Of a stretch of 34,941 bases of DNA, positions 1 through 8,030 are shown piece by piece. Position 1 is the first letter of the stretch; each line of letters opens with the position of its first letter. The DNA is from Betaproteobacteria bacterium (GTDB taxonomy: Bacteria; Pseudomonadota; Gammaproteobacteria; Burkholderiales; Usitatibacteraceae), in the NCBI GenBank assembly GCA_039930965.1, contig JBDTSU010000001.1, positions 1 through 34,941 of the forward strand. Reading direction: 5' to 3'. The notes under the pieces were generated by a model that ran no database searches, had not been told where the DNA came from, and worked only from the letters and a program-made list of their open reading frames with translations. Made by a program: the position numbers and the translations under genes.

Positions 1-103
1 ACAGGACAACGTTCTTCTTGCCGCGAAAGCTGGAAAGCTGGATCATTTCCATGCTCGCGTCAGGGAGTTCAAACACCGGAGCTCTCGAACCTACCTGTAA
101 CAT
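1..103 (-). CDS. bcp: Peroxiredoxin (Bcp/AhpC-TSA type), first 34 codons only; the gene runs off the left edge
   Basis: Too short for the ORF track. The reverse complement from ATG (103-101) reads MLQVGSRAPVFELPDASMEMIQLSSFRGKKNVVL. This fits the conserved GxxAPxFxLPDxxGxxxxLSxFRGKxxVL N-terminus of Bcp-type thiol peroxidases. The catalytic Cys would lie outside the window. Confidence 0.6.
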   Translation of the reverse strand, partial: MLQVGSRAPVFELPDASMEMIQLSSFRGKKNVVL

Positions 104-188
104 TGTCGTCTCTATCCATCTGCATTGGGTCGATGAAGGTGAATTGATTCTATCCCATTTTCTTTTTTGCTTTGCAAGACCTTCTTGA

Positions 189-1361
189 ATGAAAAAAACT
201 GCTCAAAAAACAGGCGGGAAAAATCATGGCCTCGCGCATCTTGGCGGGCTCACTGCCACGCAGTTCATGCGCACGCATTGGCAGAAGAAGCCGCTGTTGA
301 TTCGCAATGCGTTCCCGGATTTTGCCGGGCCTTTGACCAAGCACGAGGTACTTGAACTCGCGCAGCGCGAAGACGCGGAGAGCCGGTTGATCGCGCGTTC
401 CGGCAAGGAGTGGACGCTGCAGCATGGCCCATTTACGCGGCGCAGTTTCAGCGCGGTGAAACGCGCCGAATGGACCGTGCTGATTCAGGATACGCAGCAT
501 TTCTCGGGCGAAGCACATGACCTTCTTGCGTACTTCAACTTCATTCCGCACGCCCGCGTGGAGGACCTGATGGTGAGTTATGCCATTCCCGGTGCCGGCG
601 TTGGACCACACGTCGATACCTACGATGTATTTCTTTTGCAGGGTTTGGGACGTCGCCGCTGGCAGATCTCCTCACAGCAGGATCTTCGCCTGAAGCAGGG
701 CGTACCGTTGAAGATGCTTGCGCACTTCAGGGCCGAGCAGGAGTTGGTCCTGGAAACGGGGGACATGCTCTATTTGCCTCCCGGTTATGCTCACAATGGC
801 ATTGCCGACAGCGAATGTCTGACCTGGTCCGTCGGGTTTCGGGCTCCGTCACAGCAAGAGGTGAGCATCGCGCTGCTGGACTACCTGCGCGATGAAATTG
901 CCTTTGGTGGGCAGTATCGTGACCCGGACCTTCTCCCGGTCGCGTATCCGGGCGAAATCAATGCCGCAATGCGGCGCCGGTTTGCCGGGATGTTCAAAGA
1001 GGTGGTGCGTGCGACGGGCAGCCGCGCGCATCAAACGCGCTGCCTCGGACGCTACCTGACCGATCCAAAACCGCACGTGTTTTTCGATGCGCCCGACGCC
1101 GTTCTGAGCATGGCCGCTTTCCGCCGGGCGGCGTGCAGGCGCGGCATCATGCTGGATTTGAAAACGCGATTCTTGTATGCCGATGGGCTGTTCTTCATGA
1201 ACGGTGGCGACGTTCCCATAGAGGTCGTCGACAGCCGATTTCTCCGGCCGTTGGCCGACGCCCGGACATTGACGCCACATGCAGTCGCATTGGTTTCCCG
1301 TCCGTCGTCGTTCGCGGCCCTGTATGGCGCTTACACCAATGGATATCTGCACGTCGGCTGA
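189..1361 (+). CDS. Cupin/JmjC-domain 2-oxoglutarate oxygenase, RoxA(YcfD)-like ribosomal-protein hydroxylase family
   Basis: 390-aa ORF. The N-terminal LGGLTATQFMRTHWQKKPLLIRNAFP and the HVDTYD ... YAHNG (His-x-Asp ... His) arrangement are typical of the YcfD/cupin-4 family. Confidence 0.8.
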   Translation: MKKTAQKTGGKNHGLAHLGGLTATQFMRTHWQKKPLLIRNAFPDFAGPLTKHEVLELAQREDAESRLIARSGKEWTLQHGPFTRRSFSAVKRAEWTVLIQDTQHFSGEAHDLLAYFNFIPHARVEDLMVSYAIPGAGVGPHVDTYDVFLLQGLGRRRWQISSQQDLRLKQGVPLKMLAHFRAEQELVLETGDMLYLPPGYAHNGIADSECLTWSVGFRAPSQQEVSIALLDYLRDEIAFGGQYRDPDLLPVAYPGEINAAMRRRFAGMFKEVVRATGSRAHQTRCLGRYLTDPKPHVFFDAPDAVLSMAAFRRAACRRGIMLDLKTRFLYADGLFFMNGGDVPIEVVDSRFLRPLADARTLTPHAVALVSRPSSFAALYGAYTNGYLHVG

Positions 1362-1417
1362 CGAATTGCAGGTTGCCAAGTTTCAACAACGCTGGCGCAA
1401 TCAGAACGAGCACACGA

Positions 1418-1942
1418 ATGAACGCAGAGCCCGGACCAGACGAACAATCACCGGCAAGGTTCTATCGCCTGATGCTGAGCAAAGCCGACGCGGTTGACGC
1501 CGTTGAGCAGGTTGTCGGTGAGGCCCAACGTGAACTTCGCATTTTCGACTCAACCCCGCGATCGCTGCATGACTGGGGCTTCGGCGGCCCCGCCCGCATC
1601 GAGGCCCTGAGAGCACTGCTTCTGGCCGATCGAGGCCATCGTCTGCGCCTGGTTTTGCACGACACGAGGTCGATTGAACAGGTGCTGCCGCGGGTCGTCG
1701 ACCTCGTCTCACGGTTTTCCGGTCAGATCCAGATTCACCGCACCGTCGGCCAGGCGGCTGACGCGCGCGATTCGATGATTATTGCCGACGAATGTCATTT
1801 CTGGCGGCGCCTGCACATCGATTTACCGCGCTCGGTCATCACGCTGAATGACGCAACAGATACCCGGCCGTTTATCGAGCGATTTGAGGAAATCTGGGAA
1901 AGAAGCGAACCCGCCGTGAGCGGGAGTACGCTGGGTCTATGA
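1418..1942 (+). CDS. Hypothetical protein (174 aa), function unknown
   Basis: Track ORF 1133..1942 overlaps the preceding gene by 229 nt. The first ATG after that gene's stop is at 1418 (MNAEPGPDEQ...). Amino-acid composition is balanced and protein-like. No catalytic motif recognised. Confidence 0.55.
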   Translation: MNAEPGPDEQSPARFYRLMLSKADAVDAVEQVVGEAQRELRIFDSTPRSLHDWGFGGPARIEALRALLLADRGHRLRLVLHDTRSIEQVLPRVVDLVSRFSGQIQIHRTVGQAADARDSMIIADECHFWRRLHIDLPRSVITLNDATDTRPFIERFEEIWERSEPAVSGSTLGL

Positions 1943-1956
1943 TGGTTGATCCTTTG

Positions 1957-1973
1957 TTTGTGCAGTGCACAAA
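1957..1973. promoter_or_regulatory. Perfect 8-1-8 palindrome TTTGTGCA-G-TGCACAAA in the AT-rich spacer upstream of the lipoprotein gene
   Basis: Read directly from the sequence: the reverse complement of TTTGTGCA is TGCACAAA. It sits 15 nt after the stop of the 1418..1942 gene and about 140 nt upstream of the ATG at 2116. Candidate operator for a dimeric regulator, or a hairpin. Confidence 0.3.
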
Positions 1974-2074
1974 AACAATGCTATACTTTTAAGTCGGTCG
2001 AAACAAAATCACGGCAACTTGTAAATTGGCAGGAATTGCGGTCATCAAGTGACTGGAAAGCGACATCAGCCGAT

Positions 2075-2096
2075 AAAAATTTTGATCAAATTTTTT
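2075..2096. promoter_or_regulatory. AT-rich near-palindrome AAAAATTTTGATCAAATTTTTT (perfect core TTTGATCAAA, contains GATC)
   Basis: Read directly. The core at 2081-2090 is a perfect 10-nt palindrome, and the flanks match 5 of 6. It lies 20-40 nt upstream of the ATG at 2116, just 5' of the AAGGGA Shine-Dalgarno. Confidence 0.25.
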
Positions 2097-2115
2097 ACTC
2101 CAAGGGACGTCCTAA

Positions 2116-2478
2116 ATGAACAAATCCATTCTCCTCGCTGCAATTGTCGCCATCGGCCTCGCCGCCTGTGGCAAAGAAGAACCGAAACCTGCCCCGGCTG
2201 CTCCTGCCGCGCCAAAGGTTGAAGCACCGAAGCCCGCCGATGCCGCAGTTGATGCTGCCAAAGCTGCTGCGGGCGCTGCTGTCGATGCATCCAAGGATGC
2301 AGCCGGCAAGACCGTTGAGGCTGCCAAAGACGCAGCAGGCAAGACCGTGGAAGCTGCCAAAGATGCCGCTGGCAAGACCGTAGAAGCTGCCAAGGATGCT
2401 GCTGGCAAGACCGTTGAGGCCGCCAAAGATGCCGCCAAGGCCGCTGCGCCGGCAAAGGACGCGCCTCCGAAGAAGTAA
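2116..2478 (+). CDS. Small Ala/Lys-rich lipoprotein with four perfect 11-residue repeats (KDAAGKTVEAA)
   Basis: Signal peptide MNKSILLAAIVAIGLAAC with lipobox L-A-A-C. AAGGGA Shine-Dalgarno 8 nt upstream. Strong rho-independent terminator downstream. Repeat region at aa 60-103. Confidence 0.8.
   Translation: MNKSILLAAIVAIGLAACGKEEPKPAPAAPAAPKVEAPKPADAAVDAAKAAAGAAVDASKDAAGKTVEAAKDAAGKTVEAAKDAAGKTVEAAKDAAGKTVEAAKDAAKAAAPAKDAPPKK
2293..2424 (+). repeat. In-frame tandem repeat, 4 x 33 bp (truncated fifth unit to about 2439)
   Basis: The units are aaggatgcagccggcaagaccgttgaggctgcc / aaagacgcagcaggcaagaccgtggaagctgcc / aaagatgccgctggcaagaccgtagaagctgcc / aaggatgctgctggcaagaccgttgaggccgcc. All encode KDAAGKTVEAA. 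Confidence 0.95.
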
Positions 2479-2499
2479 TAATCTTCAGACGCGAACTGC

Positions 2500-2543
2500 A
2501 AAACGCCGCCCACTTGCAAAAGTGGGCGGCGTTTTCTTTTTTT
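2500..2543. terminator. Rho-independent terminator between convergent genes (strong for the + strand lipoprotein gene)
   Basis: A 14-bp stem (AACGCCGCCCACTT / AAGTGGGCGGCGTT) with loop GCAA, followed by TTCTTTTTTT. A short A-run upstream gives weak activity on the other strand. Confidence 0.85.
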
Positions 2544-2577
2544 CAGCACCCTTGCGAACACACCTGACGATTGGCCT

Positions 2578-3348
2578 TCAGATCTCCCGCCAGGAGAAGC
2601 CATCCGCCTGTCCGGCAACGCCAATCCAGTCCGGGGCACATGACAGAGCTGAGGCCAGCGCGGAGGTCGCCAGTTGAGGGAGATTATTCTGCTTAGACAA
2701 GTGCGCCGCCAGTATGTGTTTCAGCCGGGAGCAATCGATGTTGGCGAGCAACGCGGCGGCGGCCTGGTTGTCCAGATGACCGAATCTCCCGGAAACGCGC
2801 TTCTTCAGACTTGCCGGGTATGGACCACGCATCAGCATGTCAAGATCGTGATTGCATTCAAGGACCAATGCTTCGCAGCCCGACAAGCTGGCCTCGATGT
2901 GATCCGTGATCGCGCCAGTATCGGTCAGCACGCCAAGGCGAACGCAACCATCGGTAAATACATACTGTACCGGCTCATAGGCGTCGTGTGGCACGAAATA
3001 CGGCATGACGTGAATATCGCCTACCGAAAATGCCTCATGGGGATCCACAAAATTCAGCAGCGCCGGTGATAACGAACCCTCAGTCAGCACTTTGGCCGTG
3101 CCATGTGTCAGCCAGACGGGAATCTGGTGCTTCCGGGCGAACCGGGCGACGCCACCGATGTGATCGGAATGCTCGTGGGTCACGACAATGGCATCCAGAT
3201 CGCCTGCAACGAGGCCGGCACGGGCGAGACGCCTTTCCGTTTCCCCAAGGCCGAAGCCGCAATCCATCATCAACACACTGTCATGCACCTGGACGATCAG
3301 TGCATTGCCTTCACTGCCGCTGCCCAACGAGGAAAAACGCACCGTCAC
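2578..3348 (-). CDS. MBL-fold metallo-hydrolase
   Basis: 256 aa with the canonical metallo-beta-lactamase motif VVTHEHSDHIGG (HxHxDH) and downstream His/Asp ligands (PHDAYEP, GHLDN). Confidence 0.85.
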   Translation of the reverse strand: MTVRFSSLGSGSEGNALIVQVHDSVLMMDCGFGLGETERRLARAGLVAGDLDAIVVTHEHSDHIGGVARFARKHQIPVWLTHGTAKVLTEGSLSPALLNFVDPHEAFSVGDIHVMPYFVPHDAYEPVQYVFTDGCVRLGVLTDTGAITDHIEASLSGCEALVLECNHDLDMLMRGPYPASLKKRVSGRFGHLDNQAAAALLANIDCSRLKHILAAHLSKQNNLPQLATSALASALSCAPDWIGVAGQADGFSWREI

Positions 3349-3430
3349 GCCGCCGTCTCCCCACGTGAAACGGGCCCGTCCTTTGCGGAAACAGGCCCGT
3401 TCGTCATGTCGAGCGAACCACCGCGCCCGT

Positions 3431-4549
3431 CTATCTCAGTTGCTCAAGCAACAGGCCAAGAATACGTTTTGCGGTCGCAGAGTTGTCGACTTTGCCATCG
3501 GCACCCTGCACTTCAACATCGGATATGCCCGCCGCTTCGGCCACGTAGACCCTGTATTGCGGCTTTGCCGCCGGATCGTCCTTGCGCCAGAACGCCAGTT
3601 TGTCGAGAAAGCCTTTGTCCTGCCCGGACTTCGCGTCCGCATCGGGATCGATATAGCGCACAAAGAACAGTCCTTTCGAGCGATCGCGATCTTCCACAGT
3701 GAAGCCAACGCGATCCAGCGCCAGTCCCACGCGACGCCACGCTCGATCAAACGGCTCATTGACTTTCAGCGAGCCGCCTTTGTTCTTGTCGTACGACGCA
3801 CGCGCGACGTTGGCAGGCGCGCTTGTCGCGCCGGCGATCGTACTGGCTTGGGCGGTACCGCCGCCAAATCCAAACTTGACCATCAATCTCGCCAGCATTT
3901 CCGCTTCAAGTTCCTTATCGGAAGGTCGTGGCTGCCATGCCGTGCCGTTTCTGTCTGGATTGGTATAGACCTCTTCCACACCGCGATGGCTGACATAGAT
4001 CTCGGTAGTGCCTTTTTCCGCGCCGGGCTCGATGCGGGTACGGAATTTGTCACGCGTGCCGGCGTCGTACAGACCGTCAAGCAGTCGTCCCACAGTACGT
4101 CGCACCAGATCCTCGGGGATCTTTGCCCGGTTTTCCGCCCAATCAGTTTCCATAATGCCGGTTTCAGGGGATTCGCGTTTGAGCACAAATCCGTTCTCTG
4201 TCCAGAAATCCTTCGCCGTCTTCCAGACTTGCTCCGGCGTGGCCTTTACAACCAGCCAACGCTGTTCACCCGCCCGCTCGATACGGGCATTTTCCACCTT
4301 GGGAAGGACGGCGCTGGCGCCGACGGGCACGCTGCCACGCTCACGGTTATAAGTTGAGAAGGTCGTTGCCTTGGAATCGGGAATCACAAAACGGTCATCT
4401 GCAATCGGCGAGGTGAGATCCGGGGGGACTTCGAGAGAGGGGATTTTGCCGCCTTGCGATCGGTAATCAGTACTTTTGTTGGAGGTAGAACCGCAACCCG
4501 CAAGCAGCAGGCCCAGCATCGAGGCAATTAGCAGATTTCGAGACATCAT
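3431..4549 (-). CDS. bamC: Outer-membrane protein assembly factor BamC (NlpB-type lipoprotein)
   Basis: Signal peptide plus lipobox (MMSRNLLIASMLGLLLAGC). Its ATG directly abuts the dapA TAA stop (TAAATG), matching the conserved dapA-bamC(nlpB) arrangement. 372 aa. Confidence 0.75.
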   Translation of the reverse strand: MMSRNLLIASMLGLLLAGCGSTSNKSTDYRSQGGKIPSLEVPPDLTSPIADDRFVIPDSKATTFSTYNRERGSVPVGASAVLPKVENARIERAGEQRWLVVKATPEQVWKTAKDFWTENGFVLKRESPETGIMETDWAENRAKIPEDLVRRTVGRLLDGLYDAGTRDKFRTRIEPGAEKGTTEIYVSHRGVEEVYTNPDRNGTAWQPRPSDKELEAEMLARLMVKFGFGGGTAQASTIAGATSAPANVARASYDKNKGGSLKVNEPFDRAWRRVGLALDRVGFTVEDRDRSKGLFFVRYIDPDADAKSGQDKGFLDKLAFWRKDDPAAKPQYRVYVAEAAGISDVEVQGADGKVDNSATAKRILGLLLEQLR

Positions 4550-5464
4550 TTAGGCGACTTCCTTTACGTGATCGACGAGTTCGACCCGATCGACAATACC
4601 CGCGGCAGTCATGGCTTCGAGCAATTTACCGTGAAATTTCGCGTCAAACGGCGTGAGTGGGAGGCGAATTCCGGTGGCGATATGGCCCATTTTGTGCAGG
4701 GCCCATTTGACCGGAATCGGATTGGACTCCAAAAACAGCTGGTTGTGCAACCCCAGCAGACGATTGTTGATCTCGATGGCCCGGCTGCGATCGCCCTTCA
4801 GCGCGGCATCGCACATCTCGTGCATCAATCTCGGCGCGATATTCGCGGTCACAGAAATGGTTCCCTGCGCGCCAAGCAACATCAGCGCCAGTGTCGATAC
4901 GTCCTCCCCGCTGTATACGGCAAAGCCGGTCGGCGCGCGTTTCAGCAGTTCGGACCCGCGCGCCATGTTCGCGGTCGCATCCTTGATACCCACAATATTC
5001 GGGATTTCCGACAGGCGAATGGTGGTGTCGGCGGACAGGTCTGCGACAGTGCGTCCCGGCACGTTATATAAAATTACCGGCAAATCGACCGACTCGGCTA
5101 TCGTCCGAAAATGTCGGTACATGCCTTCCTGAGTGGGTTTGTTGTAATAGGGAACAACCGACAATGCATAGTCGGCACCCGCCCGTTTGGCGAATTCCGT
5201 GAGGTGAATTGCCTCTTTGGTCGAGTTCCCGCCGGTGCCGGCGATGACCGGAATGCGCTTGCGCGTGTACTCAACTGCCGCCTTGATCAGGGAACAGTGT
5301 TCGTCAAAATCCACCGTTGGCGATTCGCCGGTCGTCCCGACAATCACAATTCCGTCGGTGCCCTCCCCCACATGCCAATCGATGAGGTGTTCAAGCCGCG
5401 CAAAATCGAGTGCGCCATCAGGCAGCATCGGGGTGACAATCGCCACCAGGCTTCCGGTTAGCAT
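4550..5464 (-). CDS. dapA: 4-hydroxy-tetrahydrodipicolinate synthase
   Basis: 304 aa with strong family signatures: [26 protein letters not shown] and the IVGIKDA active-site Lys region. Confidence 0.95.
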   Translation of the reverse strand: MLTGSLVAIVTPMLPDGALDFARLEHLIDWHVGEGTDGIVIVGTTGESPTVDFDEHCSLIKAAVEYTRKRIPVIAGTGGNSTKEAIHLTEFAKRAGADYALSVVPYYNKPTQEGMYRHFRTIAESVDLPVILYNVPGRTVADLSADTTIRLSEIPNIVGIKDATANMARGSELLKRAPTGFAVYSGEDVSTLALMLLGAQGTISVTANIAPRLMHEMCDAALKGDRSRAIEINNRLLGLHNQLFLESNPIPVKWALHKMGHIATGIRLPLTPFDAKFHGKLLEAMTAAGIVDRVELVDHVKEVA

Positions 5465-5541
5465 AGGTACATGATACGAAAAGAGTAATTTGGCATTTTA
5501 GCATTTAACCCGTGCATACCCCATTGCATCGACGATGCGGC

Positions 5542-6099
5542 TCATCTCGATACAAACTGCGCTGCAATTCGCTGCACCATTGCCGGCTTTGGCGTGTCCA
5601 CAAAGCCATCTTCGTACGCGACAACTATCAATCGTCCAAGGACAACCTGAAGCAGTTCCTCCGGTTGCAACAGAAAATCCGCCCTTGATGGCCTGCCGAA
5701 TTGTTCGTTGCCCGCCGAAAAAGTCTCGTAAATCAGCCAACCCTCCGGCGCGACCGATTCCACCAGGGTATTCAGCAACGGACGGTGCAGGTAGTTGGCG
5801 ACGACGACTGCCGCGAATTGTTTACCTGCATACGGCCACGGCGCTGCCTCGATATCCGCCCGTTTGAACGCTATTCGCGGAGAAAGTTTTGGCAAATCTG
5901 CGCGATCCACTGCATCAACCATGAATCCTCGCTCGGCAAACCAGTGGGCGTGCCGTCCGGTGCCACACGCGACGTCGAGAATCCGCCCCGCAACGGTCAC
6001 ACGCTGCCCAAATCTGGTCACCCACGCGGAGGGCGGAAGTGCCTCGCGACCGGTTGACTCCGTGGGGTTCGAATGCATGGACAAAGGGGAATGGGGCAT
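5542..6099 (-). CDS. Class I SAM-dependent methyltransferase
   Basis: SAM motif I ILDVACGTGRH. The track ORF extends to 6264, which would overlap kynB. In-frame ATGs at 6099 and 6078 are more plausible starts; neither has a clear SD, so the start is uncertain. Confidence 0.7.
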   Translation of the reverse strand: MPHSPLSMHSNPTESTGREALPPSAWVTRFGQRVTVAGRILDVACGTGRHAHWFAERGFMVDAVDRADLPKLSPRIAFKRADIEAAPWPYAGKQFAAVVVANYLHRPLLNTLVESVAPEGWLIYETFSAGNEQFGRPSRADFLLQPEELLQVVLGRLIVVAYEDGFVDTPKPAMVQRIAAQFVSR

Positions 6100-6115
6100 C
6101 TGCGATAATTGACGG

Positions 6116-6748
6116 ATGAGTACACGAATCTGGGATATTTCACAGCCATTGCGCACCGGCATTCCCGTCTGGCCCGGCGATACTGAATACCGCGAGGAAC
6201 GTACCTGGAATCTGGCGCAGGAATGTCCGGTAAACGTGTCAAAGTTTACCCTGTCCACCCACACCGGGACACATGCGGATGCGCCCTTGCATTATGATTC
6301 GGCGGGTCTGCCGATTGGCGACGTGGCACTCGACGCCTACCTTGGGCCGTGCCGGGTCATCGATCTGAGCGGGCAATTCGGCCCAGTGAGTCCATCGCAA
6401 CTGATGCCGCATTTGACCAACTCGCCGCCGCGGATTCTGATTCGCACCTATCGGGTCGTGCCGCAGACGGAATGGGATGCGGGGTTTCGGGCAATCGCCG
6501 CCGAGAGCGTGGATTTGCTCGCAATGCACGGCGCCTTGCTCGTCGGCACCGACACGCCCTCACTCGATCCGCAGGATTCAAAGGTTTTGGCCGCGCACCA
6601 CGCGGTCCGGCGCTATGGCATGGCAATACTTGAAGGTCTGATTCTCGATTGCGTGCCAGCGGGTGATTACGAATTGATTGCGCTGCCGCTCAAGCTGAAT
6701 ACGCTCGATGCGTCCCCGGTACGCGCCGTTTTGCGGGATTTGCCGTGA
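6116..6748 (+). CDS. kynB: Kynurenine formamidase (arylformamidase, cyclase family)
   Basis: 210 aa. N-terminus [18 protein letters not shown] and metal motif [11 protein letters not shown] are typical of bacterial KynB. The stop overlaps the kynU start (GTGA). Confidence 0.85.
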   Translation: MSTRIWDISQPLRTGIPVWPGDTEYREERTWNLAQECPVNVSKFTLSTHTGTHADAPLHYDSAGLPIGDVALDAYLGPCRVIDLSGQFGPVSPSQLMPHLTNSPPRILIRTYRVVPQTEWDAGFRAIAAESVDLLAMHGALLVGTDTPSLDPQDSKVLAAHHAVRRYGMAILEGLILDCVPAGDYELIALPLKLNTLDASPVRAVLRDLP

Positions 6749-8010
6749 ACAATGACAATGCCGCCTGCACGACCCGCGCGGATTGTGAAGCGCTGGATCT
6801 CGCCGACAGCCTCGCGCCGGCCCGCGAACGATTCCTTCTGCCTGATGGTGTGGTCTATCTCGACGGAAATTCACTGGGACCGTTGCCTGCCGCGACGGTG
6901 GCGCGCCTCGACAGTGCGGTCAGGAAAGAATGGGGGGGAGGACTGATTCGCTCGTGGAACGATGCCGAGTGGGTCACGCTTCCGCAACGTATCGGCGGCA
7001 CAATCGCCACCATGCTCGGCGCAAGGATTGACGAGATCGTGGCCGCGGATTCCACTTCCGTCAATATCTTCAAATTGCTCGCCGGCGCGCTGGTGCTTGC
7101 GTCACGTCAGGACAAACCGCGCCACGTGATATTGTCCGAGCGGAGCAACTTTCCGACAGACCTCTATATCGCACAGGGCGTCAGCGCCGCTCTCGGTGGT
7201 TCATACCCATTGCGCCTGGTCGCGGACGACATCGAAGCGGCCTTTGACGAGCACGTTGCCGTCGCGCTGATTACCCACGTCGACTATCGCACGGGACGCA
7301 TGCACGACATGAAGCGGCTGAACGCGGCGGCGAAAAAGGCAGGGATCCGGATCATTTGGGACTTGAGTCACAGTGCCGGCGCGGTGCCGGTCGCCTTGAA
7401 CGATTGCGATGCGGAACTAGCCGTCGGATGTGGTTACAAGTACCTGAATGGCGGACCCGGTGCGCCGGCCTTTCTGTATGTGGCACACGCACTGCAGCAC
7501 GACTTCCCGACCCCTTTGTCGGGTTGGTTCGGACACGCGGCACCGTTCGATTTTTCCGCGGAGTATGTACCGGCACCGGGGATCACACGCCTGCAATGCG
7601 GTACACCACCGATGTTGGCGATGATCGCCCTCGAATCCGGATTGGCCACATTTGCAGGCTTGTCCATGTCGGACCTGCGCCGGAAGTCGCTTGCACTGTC
7701 CGACCTGTTCTGGAGCCTGATGGATGCGAGCTGTGAAGAATTTGGTTTCGTTTGTGTTTCTCCGCACGAGCACGCGAGCCGCGCCAGTCAGCTTGCGTTT
7801 GCCCACGATGACGCCCATGCCATCATGCAGGCCATCATCGCCCGCGGCGTCATTGGAGATTTTCGACAGCCCAATCTGCTGCGATTTGGATTCACGCCAC
7901 TTTACTTGCGGCACACCGACGTCTGGGATGCGGTCAACGTGATACGCGACGTCATGCAAAGTGGCGCATGGAAGGAAGACCGGTATTTGCAGCGAAACAT
8001 CGTAACCTGA
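6745..8010 (+). CDS. kynU: Kynureninase (PLP-dependent)
   Basis: 421 aa with YLDGNSLGP and the PLP-lysine region [18 protein letters not shown] start at 6745 overlaps the kynB stop by 4 nt. Confidence 0.9.
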   Translation: MNNDNAACTTRADCEALDLADSLAPARERFLLPDGVVYLDGNSLGPLPAATVARLDSAVRKEWGGGLIRSWNDAEWVTLPQRIGGTIATMLGARIDEIVAADSTSVNIFKLLAGALVLASRQDKPRHVILSERSNFPTDLYIAQGVSAALGGSYPLRLVADDIEAAFDEHVAVALITHVDYRTGRMHDMKRLNAAAKKAGIRIIWDLSHSAGAVPVALNDCDAELAVGCGYKYLNGGPGAPAFLYVAHALQHDFPTPLSGWFGHAAPFDFSAEYVPAPGITRLQCGTPPMLAMIALESGLATFAGLSMSDLRRKSLALSDLFWSLMDASCEEFGFVCVSPHEHASRASQLAFAHDDAHAIMQAIIARGVIGDFRQPNLLRFGFTPLYLRHTDVWDAVNVIRDVMQSGAWKEDRYLQRNIVT

Positions 8011-8030
8011 CGACTGCCTGAGGAGACCCC

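Noticed and set aside
1133-1417. N-terminal 95-codon extension of the ORF at 1133..1942.
   Set aside because: It overlaps the well-supported cupin gene by 229 nt and is Arg-rich nonsense. The ATG at 1418 follows that gene's stop.
2066-2639. Minus-strand and alternate-frame ORFs (2066..2455, 2112..2639, 2144..2383, 2396..2677) across the lipoprotein gene.
   Set aside because: These are artefacts of the GC-rich 33-bp repeat, which stays open in several frames. They run through the terminator hairpin and lack starts with an SD.
3369-3401. An 8-bp inverted repeat AACGGGCC ... GGCCCGTT with a 17-nt loop between bamC and the MBL gene.
   Set aside because: The loop is long and no U-tract follows on the transcribed (minus) strand. 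At most this is a weak RNA hairpin, with too little evidence to call a terminator or attenuator.
3188-4357. A 389-aa ORF on the + strand, fully antisense to bamC (plus shorter ones at 3103..3702 and 4008..4352).
   Set aside because: The composition is Arg/Ala/Pro/Ser-rich and low-complexity, with no motif and no SD. The opposite strand carries a well-supported gene. Long antisense ORFs are expected in GC-rich DNA.
5491-5504. Sigma54-like TGGCATTTTAGCAT in the dapA / methyltransferase spacer.
   Set aside because: The GG to GC spacing is 9 (GG-N7-GC) instead of the required GG-N10-GC. It also points into the 3' end of a convergent gene.
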